A DNA stretch of 64,000 nt from a virus (taxonomy: Duplodnaviria; Caudoviricetes): IMG/VR virus record IMGVR_UViG_3300032038_000043, positions 1 through 64,000 of that record. One strand, given 5' to 3'. A program made the position numbers and the translations under genes. The notes below the pieces were generated by a model, which was not told the DNA's origin, searched no databases, and was given only the letters and a program-made list of their open reading frames with translations. Shown here in pieces: positions 1 to 9,996 of this stretch. Numbering within the stretch: position 1 is the first letter of the stretch; each line of letters starts with the position of its first letter.

Positions 1-127
1 CACGAACGGGTAACGGGTACGGTTCACGAACGGGTAACGGGTACGGTTCACGAACGGGTAACGGGTACGGTTCACGAACGGGTAACGGGTACGGTTCACG
101 AACGGGTAACGGGTACGGTTCACGAAC
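1..127. repeat. 24-bp tandem repeat CACGAACGGGTAACGGGTACGGTT, 5.3 perfect copies, runs off the left edge
   Basis: Read directly. The GTTCACGAAC core recurs at 142-151. Confidence 0.97.
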
Positions 128-157
128 AATAGCCCAAGGGTGTTCACGAACAGCGTA

Positions 158-245
158 ATCCCCCCATATGGTGAACATGGGCTGCCCAGGCATAGGGACC
201 GGCGCGGGAGCCAAAGTTTTATCCGCGGCAAAATCGGGGATTCGA
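158..245. other. possible cos/packaging region
   Basis: Non-coding CCCCC...GGGACCGGCGCGGGAG...AAAATCGGGG upstream of HNH-terS-terL, resembling cos regions of HNH-dependent Gram-positive phages. Inference only. Confidence 0.35.
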
Positions 246-506
246 GTTTTCGACACCATGGCCAGAGCCTTAACTTGCATATCTTAACCTGCGCTTTTTC
301 GCCTCTCAATGGTATCAATTTTGAACACAATTCCTTACACAAATGTGTAAGCGTTTTCGACATTCCGCACATGTCTGCGCAAAAACGCCCACATGCCGCG
401 CAAAACGTACCGCATTGTTGACAACCCTGCACACTCGTTGCCCCATGTCACGGGTCGGAGAGGGCTCACGAGCCGCTCCTTCTGCGCGAAACTGGCACGC
501 ACGTTC

Positions 507-535
507 TTGTCTGCGCATGTCTGTTCTGTTATAAG
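507..535 (+). promoter_or_regulatory. sigma70-type promoter for the packaging operon
   Basis: TTGTCT-N17-TATAAG with extended TG, about 40 nt before the HNH start. Confidence 0.5.
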
Positions 536-575
536 GACTTGAACCATCTTCATGACAAGACAGTGAGCAGGCCGT

Positions 576-971
576 ATGGCGCAGGAGTTCAACAGGCGCG
601 TCTACCAGTCAAAGAACTGGAAGCACCTCATCGCGGACAGGGGCAACAGCTCCAGCTACATGCACGTCCCCATCAAGCTCGACGACGGGCGCGTGGTGCC
701 CGACGGGATGTGCGAGCGATGCTTCGAGCGCGGCTACCTCGTGCCCGCCGAGATAATCCACCACCGTGAGCACCTCACGCCGGCGAACGCCAACGACCCG
801 GAGGTCGCATACGGCTTCGACAACCTTCAGCGCGTATGCCGCAAGTGCCACGGCGAGCTGCACGGCAAGAAGCAGCAGAGGTCACGCATGACGTTCGACG
901 AGTTCGGGAACATCGTGTGGGACGACGACGCAGACGACCCGTTCGGAGGCGTGGGCCTCCCGTACGTATAG
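576..971 (+). CDS. HNH endonuclease, packaging-associated
   Basis: CERC...IIHH...NLQRVCRKCHGELH motif; upstream of the terminase genes. Confidence 0.9.
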   Translation: MAQEFNRRVYQSKNWKHLIADRGNSSSYMHVPIKLDDGRVVPDGMCERCFERGYLVPAEIIHHREHLTPANANDPEVAYGFDNLQRVCRKCHGELHGKKQQRSRMTFDEFGNIVWDDDADDPFGGVGLPYV

Positions 972-978
972 GAGAGAC

Positions 979-1272
979 ATGGGACTCAAGGGCTATCTGG
1001 AGCGTGCGCAGCACGGTGACGACGCCGACCTCAAGGCCTTCATCGAGAGGGTGCTGAGGGACGGACCGACTGAGGAGGACCTCGCCACGGCGCATGACCG
1101 GTGGCTGTACCAGCACGTGGTCGCACCAGCTGCGGTCGAGTCGCATAGGCGTGCCGAGGTGAGGCGTCTCATCGAGGACGCGGCGAAGGAGATGCCGCCA
1201 ATCATGAAGGGTATGGGCGCGTTGGCCATGTCTAAGGTCATCGCCCGCGCCACGAGGCGTAAGGAGAGCTGA
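979..1272 (+). CDS. hypothetical protein
   Basis: AGGAGAG RBS, operon-packed. Confidence 0.7.
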   Translation: MGLKGYLERAQHGDDADLKAFIERVLRDGPTEEDLATAHDRWLYQHVVAPAAVESHRRAEVRRLIEDAAKEMPPIMKGMGALAMSKVIARATRRKES

Positions 1273-1273
1273 G

Positions 1274-1492
1274 TTGGACTTTGAGATGAAGGTCAGCGAC
1301 GACAGGCCGTGCGTCGTGCAGTTCAGGGGCGAGGACGTGGAGGCGATACTTCATCCACTCCTCTCACGCACGGACATGGCGAAGGTCGAGATGGCCGACG
1401 GCAAGTGGAAGGACATCGCGTGGTGGAACGTCACGACGACCGACAGCGAGGACCGCATGGACGTGGCGTTCGAGGTAGGTGATGACGAGTGA
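1274..1492 (+). CDS. hypothetical protein
   Basis: AAGGAG RBS, TTG start, codon bias. Confidence 0.65.
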   Translation: MDFEMKVSDDRPCVVQFRGEDVEAILHPLLSRTDMAKVEMADGKWKDIAWWNVTTTDSEDRMDVAFEVGDDE

Positions 1493-1668
1493 TTTACACG
1501 CCTGAGAAGGGCTCGCAGGTGAGCAACCGCATGTCGCCCGAGAAGACGCGGGAGATGGCCGAGAGGGCGAAGGAGATGGCCGAGGCCCTCCTTGAGCTTG
1601 GCATGGGCACGACGGCGACCGAGGATGAGCTCGAGGCCGTCAGGAAGCGCATGGAGGATGACGCATGA
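1489..1668 (+). CDS. hypothetical protein, 59 aa (not in ORF track)
   Basis: GTG start overlapping the previous TGA; MIYTPEKGSQVSNRMSPEK...RMEDDA; ATGA overlap with next gene. Confidence 0.7.
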   Translation: MIYTPEKGSQVSNRMSPEKTREMAERAKEMAEALLELGMGTTATEDELEAVRKRMEDDA

Positions 1669-1958
1669 CGTTCGAGGAGGCGTTCATTCGGTCGATGGGC
1701 GACAGGTACGACCTCGCCGCACTCTCCCGCCATCTGCGCGACGAGCAGGACGAGGCCGGCTGCGCGTGGCCGACGGGCAAGCTCGTGCCAATCGAGGCGA
1801 AGGAGTGCGACCGCGTAGACGCGATTCTCTGGGAGTGCCTCGTGAGGATGTTCGGCTCTTGGTACACCGACCCGAGGGACGGATGGGTCAGCGATGCAGA
1901 CGAGGCGTCGATGTGGCTCGACGTGTGGCGCGAGAGGGCAGGGATGCTCGATGGCTAG
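1665..1958 (+). CDS. hypothetical protein
   Basis: GGAGG RBS, ATGA coupling. Confidence 0.7.
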   Translation: MTFEEAFIRSMGDRYDLAALSRHLRDEQDEAGCAWPTGKLVPIEAKECDRVDAILWECLVRMFGSWYTDPRDGWVSDADEASMWLDVWRERAGMLDG

Positions 1959-2304
1959 GAAGCTCAAGGAGGTCAAGACGAGCGAGAGGCTCGAGAAGCT
2001 GCGCAAGGAGTCGGAGAACCTCTCAGGCTTCGACAAGGCGCTGCTCGACTCCCTGCTCGTGGAGTACGACGCCCTCGCCGAGATGGCCGAGGACCTGCGC
2101 TTCATGGTTCAGCAGGAGGGCGTGATGATTGAGAAGGAGGTCGGCACGGCGAACAACCGCCACCTCGACACCGTGCCGCACCCCGGGCTGCAGCCGTACG
2201 AGCGCACCATCGGGCGCATGGGCGACGTGGCGAAGAAGATTTCCGACTTCGCCAAGCGCTCTGACGTCGAGCCCGAGGACGACGACGGATTCGACAGTTT
2301 CTGA
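1951..2304 (+). CDS. terS: terminase small subunit (P27-family-like)
   Basis: Helical protein with EGVMIE...HPGLQPY, coupled to terL. Confidence 0.8.
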   Translation: MARKLKEVKTSERLEKLRKESENLSGFDKALLDSLLVEYDALAEMAEDLRFMVQQEGVMIEKEVGTANNRHLDTVPHPGLQPYERTIGRMGDVAKKISDFAKRSDVEPEDDDGFDSF

Positions 2305-4061
2305 TGCCGACGCTGGGGCCATACACATATGTGAGCGCGGACGGCAAGACTGACGCCGAGCTGTACCTCACCGACATCTACGACGGGAAGATAGTCGCGT
2401 GCCAGGACATGAAGCGCCTGGCCGACATCATGCTGCCTCGATTCGACGAGCCGTACAAGCAGTGGCATTACGACGTAGAGAAGGCGACCCGTCCAGTACG
2501 CTGGATTGAGAAGTTCACCTGCTTTCCCGAGGGCGAGAAGATGGGCCAACCGTTCATCCTCGAGGACTACGAGCGCATGGCCATCGAGCTTGGCTTCGGC
2601 TTCGTCGACGATGACGAGATTCGGCAGATGAAGCAGGTCATCATGCTCTTGGCAAGGAAGTGCGGAAAGACCTCGATGCTTGCCGCGCTGATGCTGTACA
2701 TGCTCTGCGGCGCTGGCGAGAAGGGTGCCGAGGTCTATTGCTGCGCGAACTCGGAGTCACAGGCACGTAAGTGCTTCGGCGCGGCCGACGCGATGAGGCT
2801 CCACAGCCCAGCCCTCGAGAAGAGGCTCCGGCGCGGCAAGGTGCAGAAGCGTGGTTCGTCTGGCATCAACTACGACCGCACGGGCTCCTTCCTCGCGCCC
2901 ATCGCATCCAACGTCGGCAAGCTCGACGGCCTCTCTGCGAGCGCCATCGTCTATGACGAGCTCGCGGCCGCCACCGACAACGGTGCCCTGCTGGACATCC
3001 TCACCGAGTCGACGTCGGCTAGACGCGAGCCCCTCACGTGGGTCATCTCCACCGAGAACTACACGAGGATGAATATCTGGGACGAGCGTATCGCCTACTC
3101 AGAGGGATGGCTCAAGGGCGACATCAAGGACGACACGTTCCTGCCAATCCTGTACAGGCTCGACTCATACGACGAGGTGTTCCATGAGGAGTGCTGGCCG
3201 AAGGCGTCGCCTGGCCTCCTCTGTGGAATCAAGAGCTGGCAGTACCTCCGCGACCGTGTCAACACGGCCAAGCAGTCACCAGCGCGAATGCCGTCGCTGC
3301 TCACCAAGGAGTTCAACCTCAGGGCCAACAGCGCGTCGACGTTCCTCTCGAAGGAGGAATGCATCTCAAACACAGAGCCGTTCGAGTTCAACCCGAAGAC
3401 GGACCGCTACTGCTGCGTGGGCTTCGACCTCTCCATGCGCGGCGACCTCACGAGCGCATGCGCCGTGTACATGCGGCCGGGCGACGACCACATATACGAG
3501 ATAACGCGAAGCTGGATTCCCGAGGAGCAGATTAAGGTCAACGCCGCCAAGGACTTCAAGGAGCGCGACGGGGTGCCATACCACATCTGGGCCACCAAGG
3601 AGTCATGCGGCCTTCCAATCTTCGAGATTGTCGAGGGCGACAAGATTGACCAGCGCGTCATCCTCAACTTCATACGCGAGCTCGCAGACATGGGTCTGTA
3701 CCCGAGATACGTCGGCTTCGACCCGTGGCACGTCGACGACTGGACGCTCAGGGAGCTGAAGATGATGGTGGGGGAGAGCAACGTTGAGCCCATCGCGCAG
3801 CAGGCGAAGATTCTCTCTCCCGCGATGAGGGAGCTGCAGCTCGACCTCAGGGCGAAGAGGGTGTGCTGCAACAACGCCGAGCCGCTTGTCTGGGGCAGGA
3901 GCAACCTCCAAACCAAGCCACCTGACGCGAACAACAACCTGTTCCCGCAGAAGAAGGACCTCAACGCGCATAACAAGATTGACCCAGTCATGGCCGAGCT
4001 CTTCGCCATGATTACGATGAGGCGGCACATGGACGACTACCTCGCCGCCGTGAACGGATAG
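2304..4061 (+). CDS. terL: terminase large subunit
   Basis: Walker A ARKCGKT, Walker B IVYDE, nuclease GFDLS and KIDP motifs. Confidence 0.97.
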   Translation: MPTLGPYTYVSADGKTDAELYLTDIYDGKIVACQDMKRLADIMLPRFDEPYKQWHYDVEKATRPVRWIEKFTCFPEGEKMGQPFILEDYERMAIELGFGFVDDDEIRQMKQVIMLLARKCGKTSMLAALMLYMLCGAGEKGAEVYCCANSESQARKCFGAADAMRLHSPALEKRLRRGKVQKRGSSGINYDRTGSFLAPIASNVGKLDGLSASAIVYDELAAATDNGALLDILTESTSARREPLTWVISTENYTRMNIWDERIAYSEGWLKGDIKDDTFLPILYRLDSYDEVFHEECWPKASPGLLCGIKSWQYLRDRVNTAKQSPARMPSLLTKEFNLRANSASTFLSKEECISNTEPFEFNPKTDRYCCVGFDLSMRGDLTSACAVYMRPGDDHIYEITRSWIPEEQIKVNAAKDFKERDGVPYHIWATKESCGLPIFEIVEGDKIDQRVILNFIRELADMGLYPRYVGFDPWHVDDWTLRELKMMVGESNVEPIAQQAKILSPAMRELQLDLRAKRVCCNNAEPLVWGRSNLQTKPPDANNNLFPQKKDLNAHNKIDPVMAELFAMITMRRHMDDYLAAVNG

Positions 4062-4062
4062 C

Positions 4063-4581
4063 ATGTACGACTTCGTGAAGCTCTACGTGATACCGACCAT
4101 CCTCGGCCTTCTCACCGCCGTCCTGCTCATGGACGGCGTGGACATCTTCGGGATAGCGGCCATAGTCGGCCCGATTGCGGTCCTCCTCCACATCCTCGCC
4201 GCCGTGGCACGCGACCTCTACGACGCGTTCGTACCGAACAGCGCCATAGCCAAGCACATGTCAGCGATGCGTGACAGGCGCAAGGCAAAGCAGGTGCCAG
4301 TGACGACGAAGCCAAGGCACAAGGACATAACGCTCGATGACCTCAACGCCCTCTTGGAGCGCATAGACGAGGGAGGGGACGATGTCCCCGACACGCCACT
4401 CCTCACGACGAACGAGAAGCGCAGGCTCATCGGATACGCCCAGCGGCGCTCGTATGCGGGTGACGAGGTGATAGTCGAGTCGGTTCCCGTCTACTCGACC
4501 TTCTACGACGACAACGTGGCCCACACGGTCATCTCAGAGCCGAGTGCAGCCGTCAGCGGCGTTACACAAAACCGCAGGTAA
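4063..4581 (+). CDS. hypothetical membrane protein between terL and portal
   Basis: Two N-terminal hydrophobic helices. Confidence 0.65.
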   Translation: MYDFVKLYVIPTILGLLTAVLLMDGVDIFGIAAIVGPIAVLLHILAAVARDLYDAFVPNSAIAKHMSAMRDRRKAKQVPVTTKPRHKDITLDDLNALLERIDEGGDDVPDTPLLTTNEKRRLIGYAQRRSYAGDEVIVESVPVYSTFYDDNVAHTVISEPSAAVSGVTQNRR

Positions 4582-4874
4582 ACGGCTTGCTGAGAGCCCG
4601 AATTTCGGGCGCAAACGAGAAAAACGACCTAGAACCCATGCCCCAGCGCCTAGTTCGGGCGTCTTTTCACAAAGAGCGCCCGCCGCGCTGAGAGTTTGGC
4701 GAGGAGCAGCGCGACGGGCAAGAATACGGTGACAAAGCTCCTTTCGAGTCCGTCCCAATAAATAAGTATACCATCATCAACAACATACGCCCAGCTAGAC
4801 ATGGGTAGTCATTACTGACCACTGGTCATAATTTGCGTCTATTCAGAACGGTTGTTCCGCGTTATGGTCAACCT

Positions 4875-6131
4875 ATGGGATTCTTGTCTAAATTTTTCCC
4901 GCGCCGAGACGTAGTGTCTCAAGGCCCTCCTCCTCCCTCTGGATTTCAAACCTTCACCGAGTACGCGCCCACGTTCCAGACGTGGGACGGCACGCTCTAT
5001 GAACAGCTGCTGACTAGGACGGCAGTCGAGCGATTCTCGGTGGCCTGCTCAAGCCTGAAGCCAGAGGTGGTCGGGAGCCAGCGGACTAAGCCGAGGGTTC
5101 GCGCCATGTTCGAGTCGGTACCTAACGACTACCAGACGTGGCCGACCTTCGTCGGTCTCGTCGCAACCCGCTACGAGGCGGACACCACGGCGTACGTGCT
5201 CCCCGAGCTCGACCGCGACCTCAACGTCATGTCGCTGCACTCGGTGAAGCCGCTGTACGTCGAGGTCTGCGAGTACAAGGGTGAGCCGTATGGCATCTTC
5301 CACCTCGCGACCGGCGGCGTCATCGTCATCGAGTGGCGGTTCGTGTGCATCATCGCGAAGTACCAGTACGAGTCTGACTACTTCGGTGGCGGCAACGTAG
5401 CGCTCGACCCAACGCTCGCCCTCATGGACGCGCAGCGGCAGGCCGAGGAGCTCGCCGTGAAGAATGGTGCACGCATCCGCTTCATCGGCCAGGTCTCGTC
5501 ACTCACGCACGAGGACGACCTGCGCAAGAAGCGCGACCGCTTCGCCGCGGACAACCTCGGGCCGAGCAACAGGTCGGGCCTCATGATTTACGACTCCTCC
5601 TTCAACAAGGTGGAGCAAATCAAGGAGGACCGCTTCACGCTTGACCCCGAAGAGATGACGCGCATCGAGAACAACGTCTTCGACTACTTCAACACCAACC
5701 GCTCCATCATCCAGAACTCCTTCAACGAGGACCAGTGGAACGCCTACTACGAGGGCAAGGTGGAGCCTTTCGCCGTGAAGCTGTCCGAGGGCCTGAGCAA
5801 CATCCTGTTCACGGCCACGGAGAGGCGTCACGGCAACCGCTGTATGTTCAGCTCGTCCCGACTCCAGTACGCATCCAACGGCACCAAGCGGGCAATCGTG
5901 TCCGACATGGTCGACCGCGGCCTGATGACCCTCAACGAGGGCCGCGAGATTCTCCAGCTCCGTCCAATCTCTGGCGGCGACGTGAGGCTCGTGCGCGGCG
6001 AGTTCTATCAGGTGGACGAGGACGGCAACGTGATAGTCACCTCTGGCGGCATACCAGAGCAGACGGAACCAGCAGAGAGACCAGAAGAGCAAACTACCGA
6101 AGAGGAGGCAGAAGATGCCCTACCTTCCTGA
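4875..6131 (+). CDS. portal protein (HK97 family)
   Basis: MGFLSKFF start, GLMTLNEGREILQLRP..GGD motif, position. Confidence 0.93.
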   Translation: MGFLSKFFPRRDVVSQGPPPPSGFQTFTEYAPTFQTWDGTLYEQLLTRTAVERFSVACSSLKPEVVGSQRTKPRVRAMFESVPNDYQTWPTFVGLVATRYEADTTAYVLPELDRDLNVMSLHSVKPLYVEVCEYKGEPYGIFHLATGGVIVIEWRFVCIIAKYQYESDYFGGGNVALDPTLALMDAQRQAEELAVKNGARIRFIGQVSSLTHEDDLRKKRDRFAADNLGPSNRSGLMIYDSSFNKVEQIKEDRFTLDPEEMTRIENNVFDYFNTNRSIIQNSFNEDQWNAYYEGKVEPFAVKLSEGLSNILFTATERRHGNRCMFSSSRLQYASNGTKRAIVSDMVDRGLMTLNEGREILQLRPISGGDVRLVRGEFYQVDEDGNVIVTSGGIPEQTEPAERPEEQTTEEEAEDALPS

Positions 6132-6810
6132 GGTCAGGCAGTACCGTTCGTTTGCTGCCTCGAACTTCCAAGCAGTGACCCGTGACAGCGAAGACGCTCC
6201 GAGCTACACCGTCAGGGGTTACTTCACCACGTTCAACGAGGAATATCGCCTGTTCGACGACTTCTACGAGTCCGTTGACCGCACGGCTCTCGACGCGGCC
6301 GACATGAGCGACGTCGTCTTCCAGTACGACCATGCCGGGGATGTCCTCGCCCGTCAGCGCAACGGCTCGCTGCGCGTGGGCATCGACGAGCATGGCGGCT
6401 GGTGCGAGGCGAGGCTCGACGGGTGCCAGAGGGCACGCGACCTCTACGAGTCCATCGAGAACGGCCTCGTCGTGGAGATGAGCTTCGGCTTCATCATTGA
6501 CGAGGACGGCTTCGAGTGGGAAGAGGACGAGGACGGCGTCATACACACCCGCATCACGAAGATTGACAAGGTCTTCGACGTGTCGGCCGTAAGCTTCCCC
6601 GCAAATCCAGGCACCGAAATCTCCTCGCGCTCCTACGCGCAGGCAGCCATCGACGCGAAACACGAGGCTGACCGCATCAAGGCGGAGGAGGAGCGTGCCG
6701 CGCAGGAGGCGGAGGCACAGAGGCTTGCCGACGAGCAGGCCGAGATTGAACGCATCGCGGCAGAGGTTGTCGCACGCCGCAAGAGGCGTGCCCGCGCGAT
6801 GCAGCTTTAG
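6115..6810 (+). CDS. prohead protease (HK97 family)
   Basis: YDH, MSFGF, DVSAVSFPANP motifs. Confidence 0.95.
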   Translation: MPYLPEVRQYRSFAASNFQAVTRDSEDAPSYTVRGYFTTFNEEYRLFDDFYESVDRTALDAADMSDVVFQYDHAGDVLARQRNGSLRVGIDEHGGWCEARLDGCQRARDLYESIENGLVVEMSFGFIIDEDGFEWEEDEDGVIHTRITKIDKVFDVSAVSFPANPGTEISSRSYAQAAIDAKHEADRIKAEEERAAQEAEAQRLADEQAEIERIAAEVVARRKRRARAMQL

Positions 6811-6958
6811 CGACTAGCCCCTCGGGGCTGTTGATATTCGCACGAGACCTCTTTGACGGAGTGATTGAGGCGGTCACGGCGGCAGGAGTTGACGCCAGCG
6901 TGCATGCGAGGGCGGAGTGCCCGAGCGACCCATACACATCGTAAAGAAGGAGGCTCGA

Positions 6959-8326
6959 ATGTTCGAGACCTACACCGCGGCCCAGTACCGCGCACTGGAC
7001 GACGAGAAGTTCGCCGCCCGCAAGCAGGAGGTCAAGGACCTCCTCTCCGCCGAGACGCTCCCCGAAGGCGTCACCGACGAGGCCCTGTTCGCCGAGGCTG
7101 ACCTCATCGAGGCCGACGAGAACCGTCGCTCCCGTGCCGCCAGCATCCGCACCAACGACCTGAGCGCCGTCAAGGCTGGCGCTGGCAACATCATCGCCAG
7201 CTCCGAGCCGCAGAAGCGCTCCGAAATCAAGCAGGTCAGCAACTACACCGACAGCCCCGAGTACCGCAAGGCCCTCGTCGCCCACATCACCCGTCAGGCC
7301 CCCATGCCTGCCGACATGATTGCCCGCGCACAGGCCGAGTACCGTGCCGGTGACCCCATCAGCGTCACCGTCGCCGACGCCTACTCCAACTACACCGACC
7401 CGCTGGGCGTCCCCATGCTGGGTGCCGTGCCCCTGCCCCTGACCTTCATGCAGGAGGTCGCACGCGAGATGAAAGTCTACGGCGGCCTTGACACCAAGGT
7501 CTCCCGCACCTCCATCCAGGGCGGCGTCGCCGTGTCCGAGGCTGAGCTCGTCGGCGAGGCCATGTGGATTAACGACAAGCAGGTCTCCCCGTGGAACGAG
7601 GACTCCTTCAAGACCTTCACGTTCTCCGCTTGGCAGCTCGAGTACCGCATCGCCCGCTCGCTCCTCGCGCAGGCCATGCTGACCGACAACTTCACCAACA
7701 ATGCCGCCGAGATTGCCGCCGAGTTCTCCCGCAAGCTGAACTCCGCCATCTGGAACGGCAACGGCCAGGGCAAGCCCACCGGCATCCTCGCTGACACCCG
7801 CCTCCTTGGCGAGGGCACCGAGGGCCAGGAAGGCTACGTCGCCCCGCACGCCACCATCATCGAGGTCACCGCTAAGGACATGGCCGACTGGGCATTCTGG
7901 GCCTCCGTCCAGTACAAGCTCAACGCCGCCTATCGTGGCCGCGGCGAGTGGGTCATGGCCGACGGCTCCTGGGCCAAGTACGTGTCCGTCCTGCGTGACG
8001 ACAACAACCGCCCCATCGCGAACTTCATGGGCCGTCACGACACCATCAACGACACGTTCGTGCCCGCCATCAACAACCGTCCGGTCAACCTGCTTGACGA
8101 CTCCATCTGCGCCGACTTCGATGCCGCTGCCGTGGGCGACGTCTTCGCGGCCTTCGGCGACCTCAAGCACTACACGCTGAACACCCAGCCCGGCATGCCG
8201 CTGACCACCCTGTCTTGGGATGACCACGACAACAACCTCCACAAGACCAAGGTCTCCGTGGCATGCGACGGTCGCGTCACCAACCCGTTCGGCTGGCTGC
8301 TCCTGAAGAAGAAGGCCAGCGCCTAA
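6959..8326 (+). CDS. major capsid protein (HK97 fold)
   Basis: AAGGAGG RBS, coiled N-terminal delta domain, NGNGQGKPTGIL, strong codon bias. Confidence 0.95.
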   Translation: MFETYTAAQYRALDDEKFAARKQEVKDLLSAETLPEGVTDEALFAEADLIEADENRRSRAASIRTNDLSAVKAGAGNIIASSEPQKRSEIKQVSNYTDSPEYRKALVAHITRQAPMPADMIARAQAEYRAGDPISVTVADAYSNYTDPLGVPMLGAVPLPLTFMQEVAREMKVYGGLDTKVSRTSIQGGVAVSEAELVGEAMWINDKQVSPWNEDSFKTFTFSAWQLEYRIARSLLAQAMLTDNFTNNAAEIAAEFSRKLNSAIWNGNGQGKPTGILADTRLLGEGTEGQEGYVAPHATIIEVTAKDMADWAFWASVQYKLNAAYRGRGEWVMADGSWAKYVSVLRDDNNRPIANFMGRHDTINDTFVPAINNRPVNLLDDSICADFDAAAVGDVFAAFGDLKHYTLNTQPGMPLTTLSWDDHDNNLHKTKVSVACDGRVTNPFGWLLLKKKASA

Positions 8327-8335
8327 GGGGGCCGC

Positions 8336-8590
8336 ATGGTCAAGGTGAAAACGCTAAGGGGCTTCTACGACCTGCTCGAGCGCGTCGACCGACATGAGGG
8401 CGACGTCTTCGACGCCACCGAGGAGAGGGCGGCACAGATTGCGCAGCTCCTCCCCGGGTACGTCGAGGTGAGCACCGTTGACCTTGGCTCGCTCAAGCTC
8501 GCACAGCTCCGCGAGCTTGCCGCCGAGCGTGGGGTCGAGATACCCGCCAAGGCCACCAAGGCCGAGATACTGGAGCTGCTGGAGGGCTAG
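8336..8590 (+). CDS. small head-associated protein with C-terminal Rho-N/HeH-like domain
   Basis: LKLAQLRELAAERGVEIPAKATKAEILELL, directly after the capsid gene. Confidence 0.7.
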   Translation: MVKVKTLRGFYDLLERVDRHEGDVFDATEERAAQIAQLLPGYVEVSTVDLGSLKLAQLRELAAERGVEIPAKATKAEILELLEG

Positions 8591-8592
8591 AG

Positions 8593-8931
8593 ATGTCACT
8601 GCTGGATGATGCGCGGAGGGCGACACGTACCGTCACTACCGAGATGGACGACGAGCTCCTCGACCACATCGCCGCAGCCCTCTCTGACATGAGGAGGGTC
8701 GGCGTCAGGGAAGAGCTCCTGACGCCGCCCGACCTCGAACCCATGGCCAAGGAAGCCGTGCTCCTCTACGTGAAGGCGCACTACGGATACGACAATCCCG
8801 AGGCTCAGCGGTTCCTCGACTCGTACAACCAGACCGTCACCAGCCTCGTCAACTCAGCGCACAACGAGTGCGCAGACGAGGACCCGAGGGCGACATACGC
8901 GATGTCGATACGGAGCCTTTTGGAGGCATAG
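8593..8931 (+). CDS. head-tail connector (gp6-like)
   Basis: AVLLYVKAHYGYDN motif, synteny. Confidence 0.8.
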   Translation: MSLLDDARRATRTVTTEMDDELLDHIAAALSDMRRVGVREELLTPPDLEPMAKEAVLLYVKAHYGYDNPEAQRFLDSYNQTVTSLVNSAHNECADEDPRATYAMSIRSLLEA

Positions 8932-9279
8932 ATGCGCTGGAACGACGTAGTGACGCTTGTCGGCAACGGCGAGCGCTACCAAGACGACGAGGGCGCGTGG
9001 CACGAGGGCGAGGTTACGGAGCGCCTCATCTACTGCAACCGCAGGCTGTGGGGCAACCTCTTCATGTCCAACCTCCGCTCCAACGAGGTCCGTGCCCTCA
9101 ACAACAATCTGAACGTCGACATCGACATGATGCCCGAGGCGCACATAGAGGTGCGCAACATCGACTACCAAGGCGAGAGGCGCTGCCTATACCACGGCGA
9201 GGAATACACGGTGCTATACGTCACCAACGCCGGCGAAACGTCAATTCTCGGCATAGCCAGGAGGCTTGGCAATGTCTGA
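8932..9279 (+). CDS. head closure protein
   Basis: DYQGE...YHGEEYTV, synteny. Confidence 0.75.
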   Translation: MRWNDVVTLVGNGERYQDDEGAWHEGEVTERLIYCNRRLWGNLFMSNLRSNEVRALNNNLNVDIDMMPEAHIEVRNIDYQGERRCLYHGEEYTVLYVTNAGETSILGIARRLGNV

Positions 9280-9661
9280 CGTGTCGATAGACCTTGACGA
9301 GTTTGGCACCACGCTATCGAGGATGATTGATGACGTGGACCACGCCGTAAAGGAGGTTCCTGAGCCGGCAGTGCGCAAGGGCCTCAAGAAGGGTGCACAG
9401 GAATGGCGAAAGGGCGCACCAGTCGACAGCGGCAGGTACAAGAAATCGATTCGCTGGCACGTGCTAAAGACGGGTGATGACCCCGCTGGCGAGATTGGCT
9501 CGCCGAGCCTCCCTGGCCTTCCGCACCTTCTGGAGAAGGGTCATGCGAGGGTCGGTGGCGGCAGGGTGCCTGGAATCCCGCACATAGCGCCAGCAGCCGA
9601 GGTCGCGTTCGACGAGACGGAGAAGGCGATGCTTGAGGGGATTGGTGAGGCTCTCAGATGA
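9272..9661 (+). CDS. neck protein, HK97 gp10 family
   Basis: APVDSGRY, LPHLLEKGHA, PHIAPA. Confidence 0.85.
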   Translation: MSDVSIDLDEFGTTLSRMIDDVDHAVKEVPEPAVRKGLKKGAQEWRKGAPVDSGRYKKSIRWHVLKTGDDPAGEIGSPSLPGLPHLLEKGHARVGGGRVPGIPHIAPAAEVAFDETEKAMLEGIGEALR

Positions 9662-9984
9662 TTCCCGACGCGTATGTCTTCAAGACCCTTTTAGCCGTTG
9701 GCATCCCTGGCACAAAGTACGCATACCAAGAGGGAGGCGCACCGCCGCTCCCGTGGTTCGTGTACATGCGCCGCAAAAAGGGCGACGTGTTTGCCGACGA
9801 CAAAAACTATGCGCTGCTGCCTCACTTCAGGGCCGAGCTCTACATGAGGGAGAACGACCCTGACCTCAGGGAGAGGTTCGAGGAGGCGGTCGCATCAATA
9901 GGGCCGTATACGGCCTATGAGACGTGGATTCCGTCAGAGCAATGCCTGATGGTCTCCTACGACTTCACATACCACCCAGAATGA
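9658..9984 (+). CDS. tail terminator/completion protein
   Basis: PPLPWFVY...FADDKNY; before the tail tube gene. Confidence 0.75.
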   Translation: MIPDAYVFKTLLAVGIPGTKYAYQEGGAPPLPWFVYMRRKKGDVFADDKNYALLPHFRAELYMRENDPDLRERFEEAVASIGPYTAYETWIPSEQCLMVSYDFTYHPE

Positions 9985-9996
9985 TTGGAGGCCCAC

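Noticed and set aside
1-127. CRISPR array
   Set aside because: Units are directly abutting and identical, with no unique spacers and no cas genes
140-592. Short ORFs in the left non-coding region
   Set aside because: No RBS, atypical composition, overlap a promoter and cos-like region
6677-8242. 521-aa minus-strand ORF
   Set aside because: Antisense shadow of the GC3-biased capsid gene
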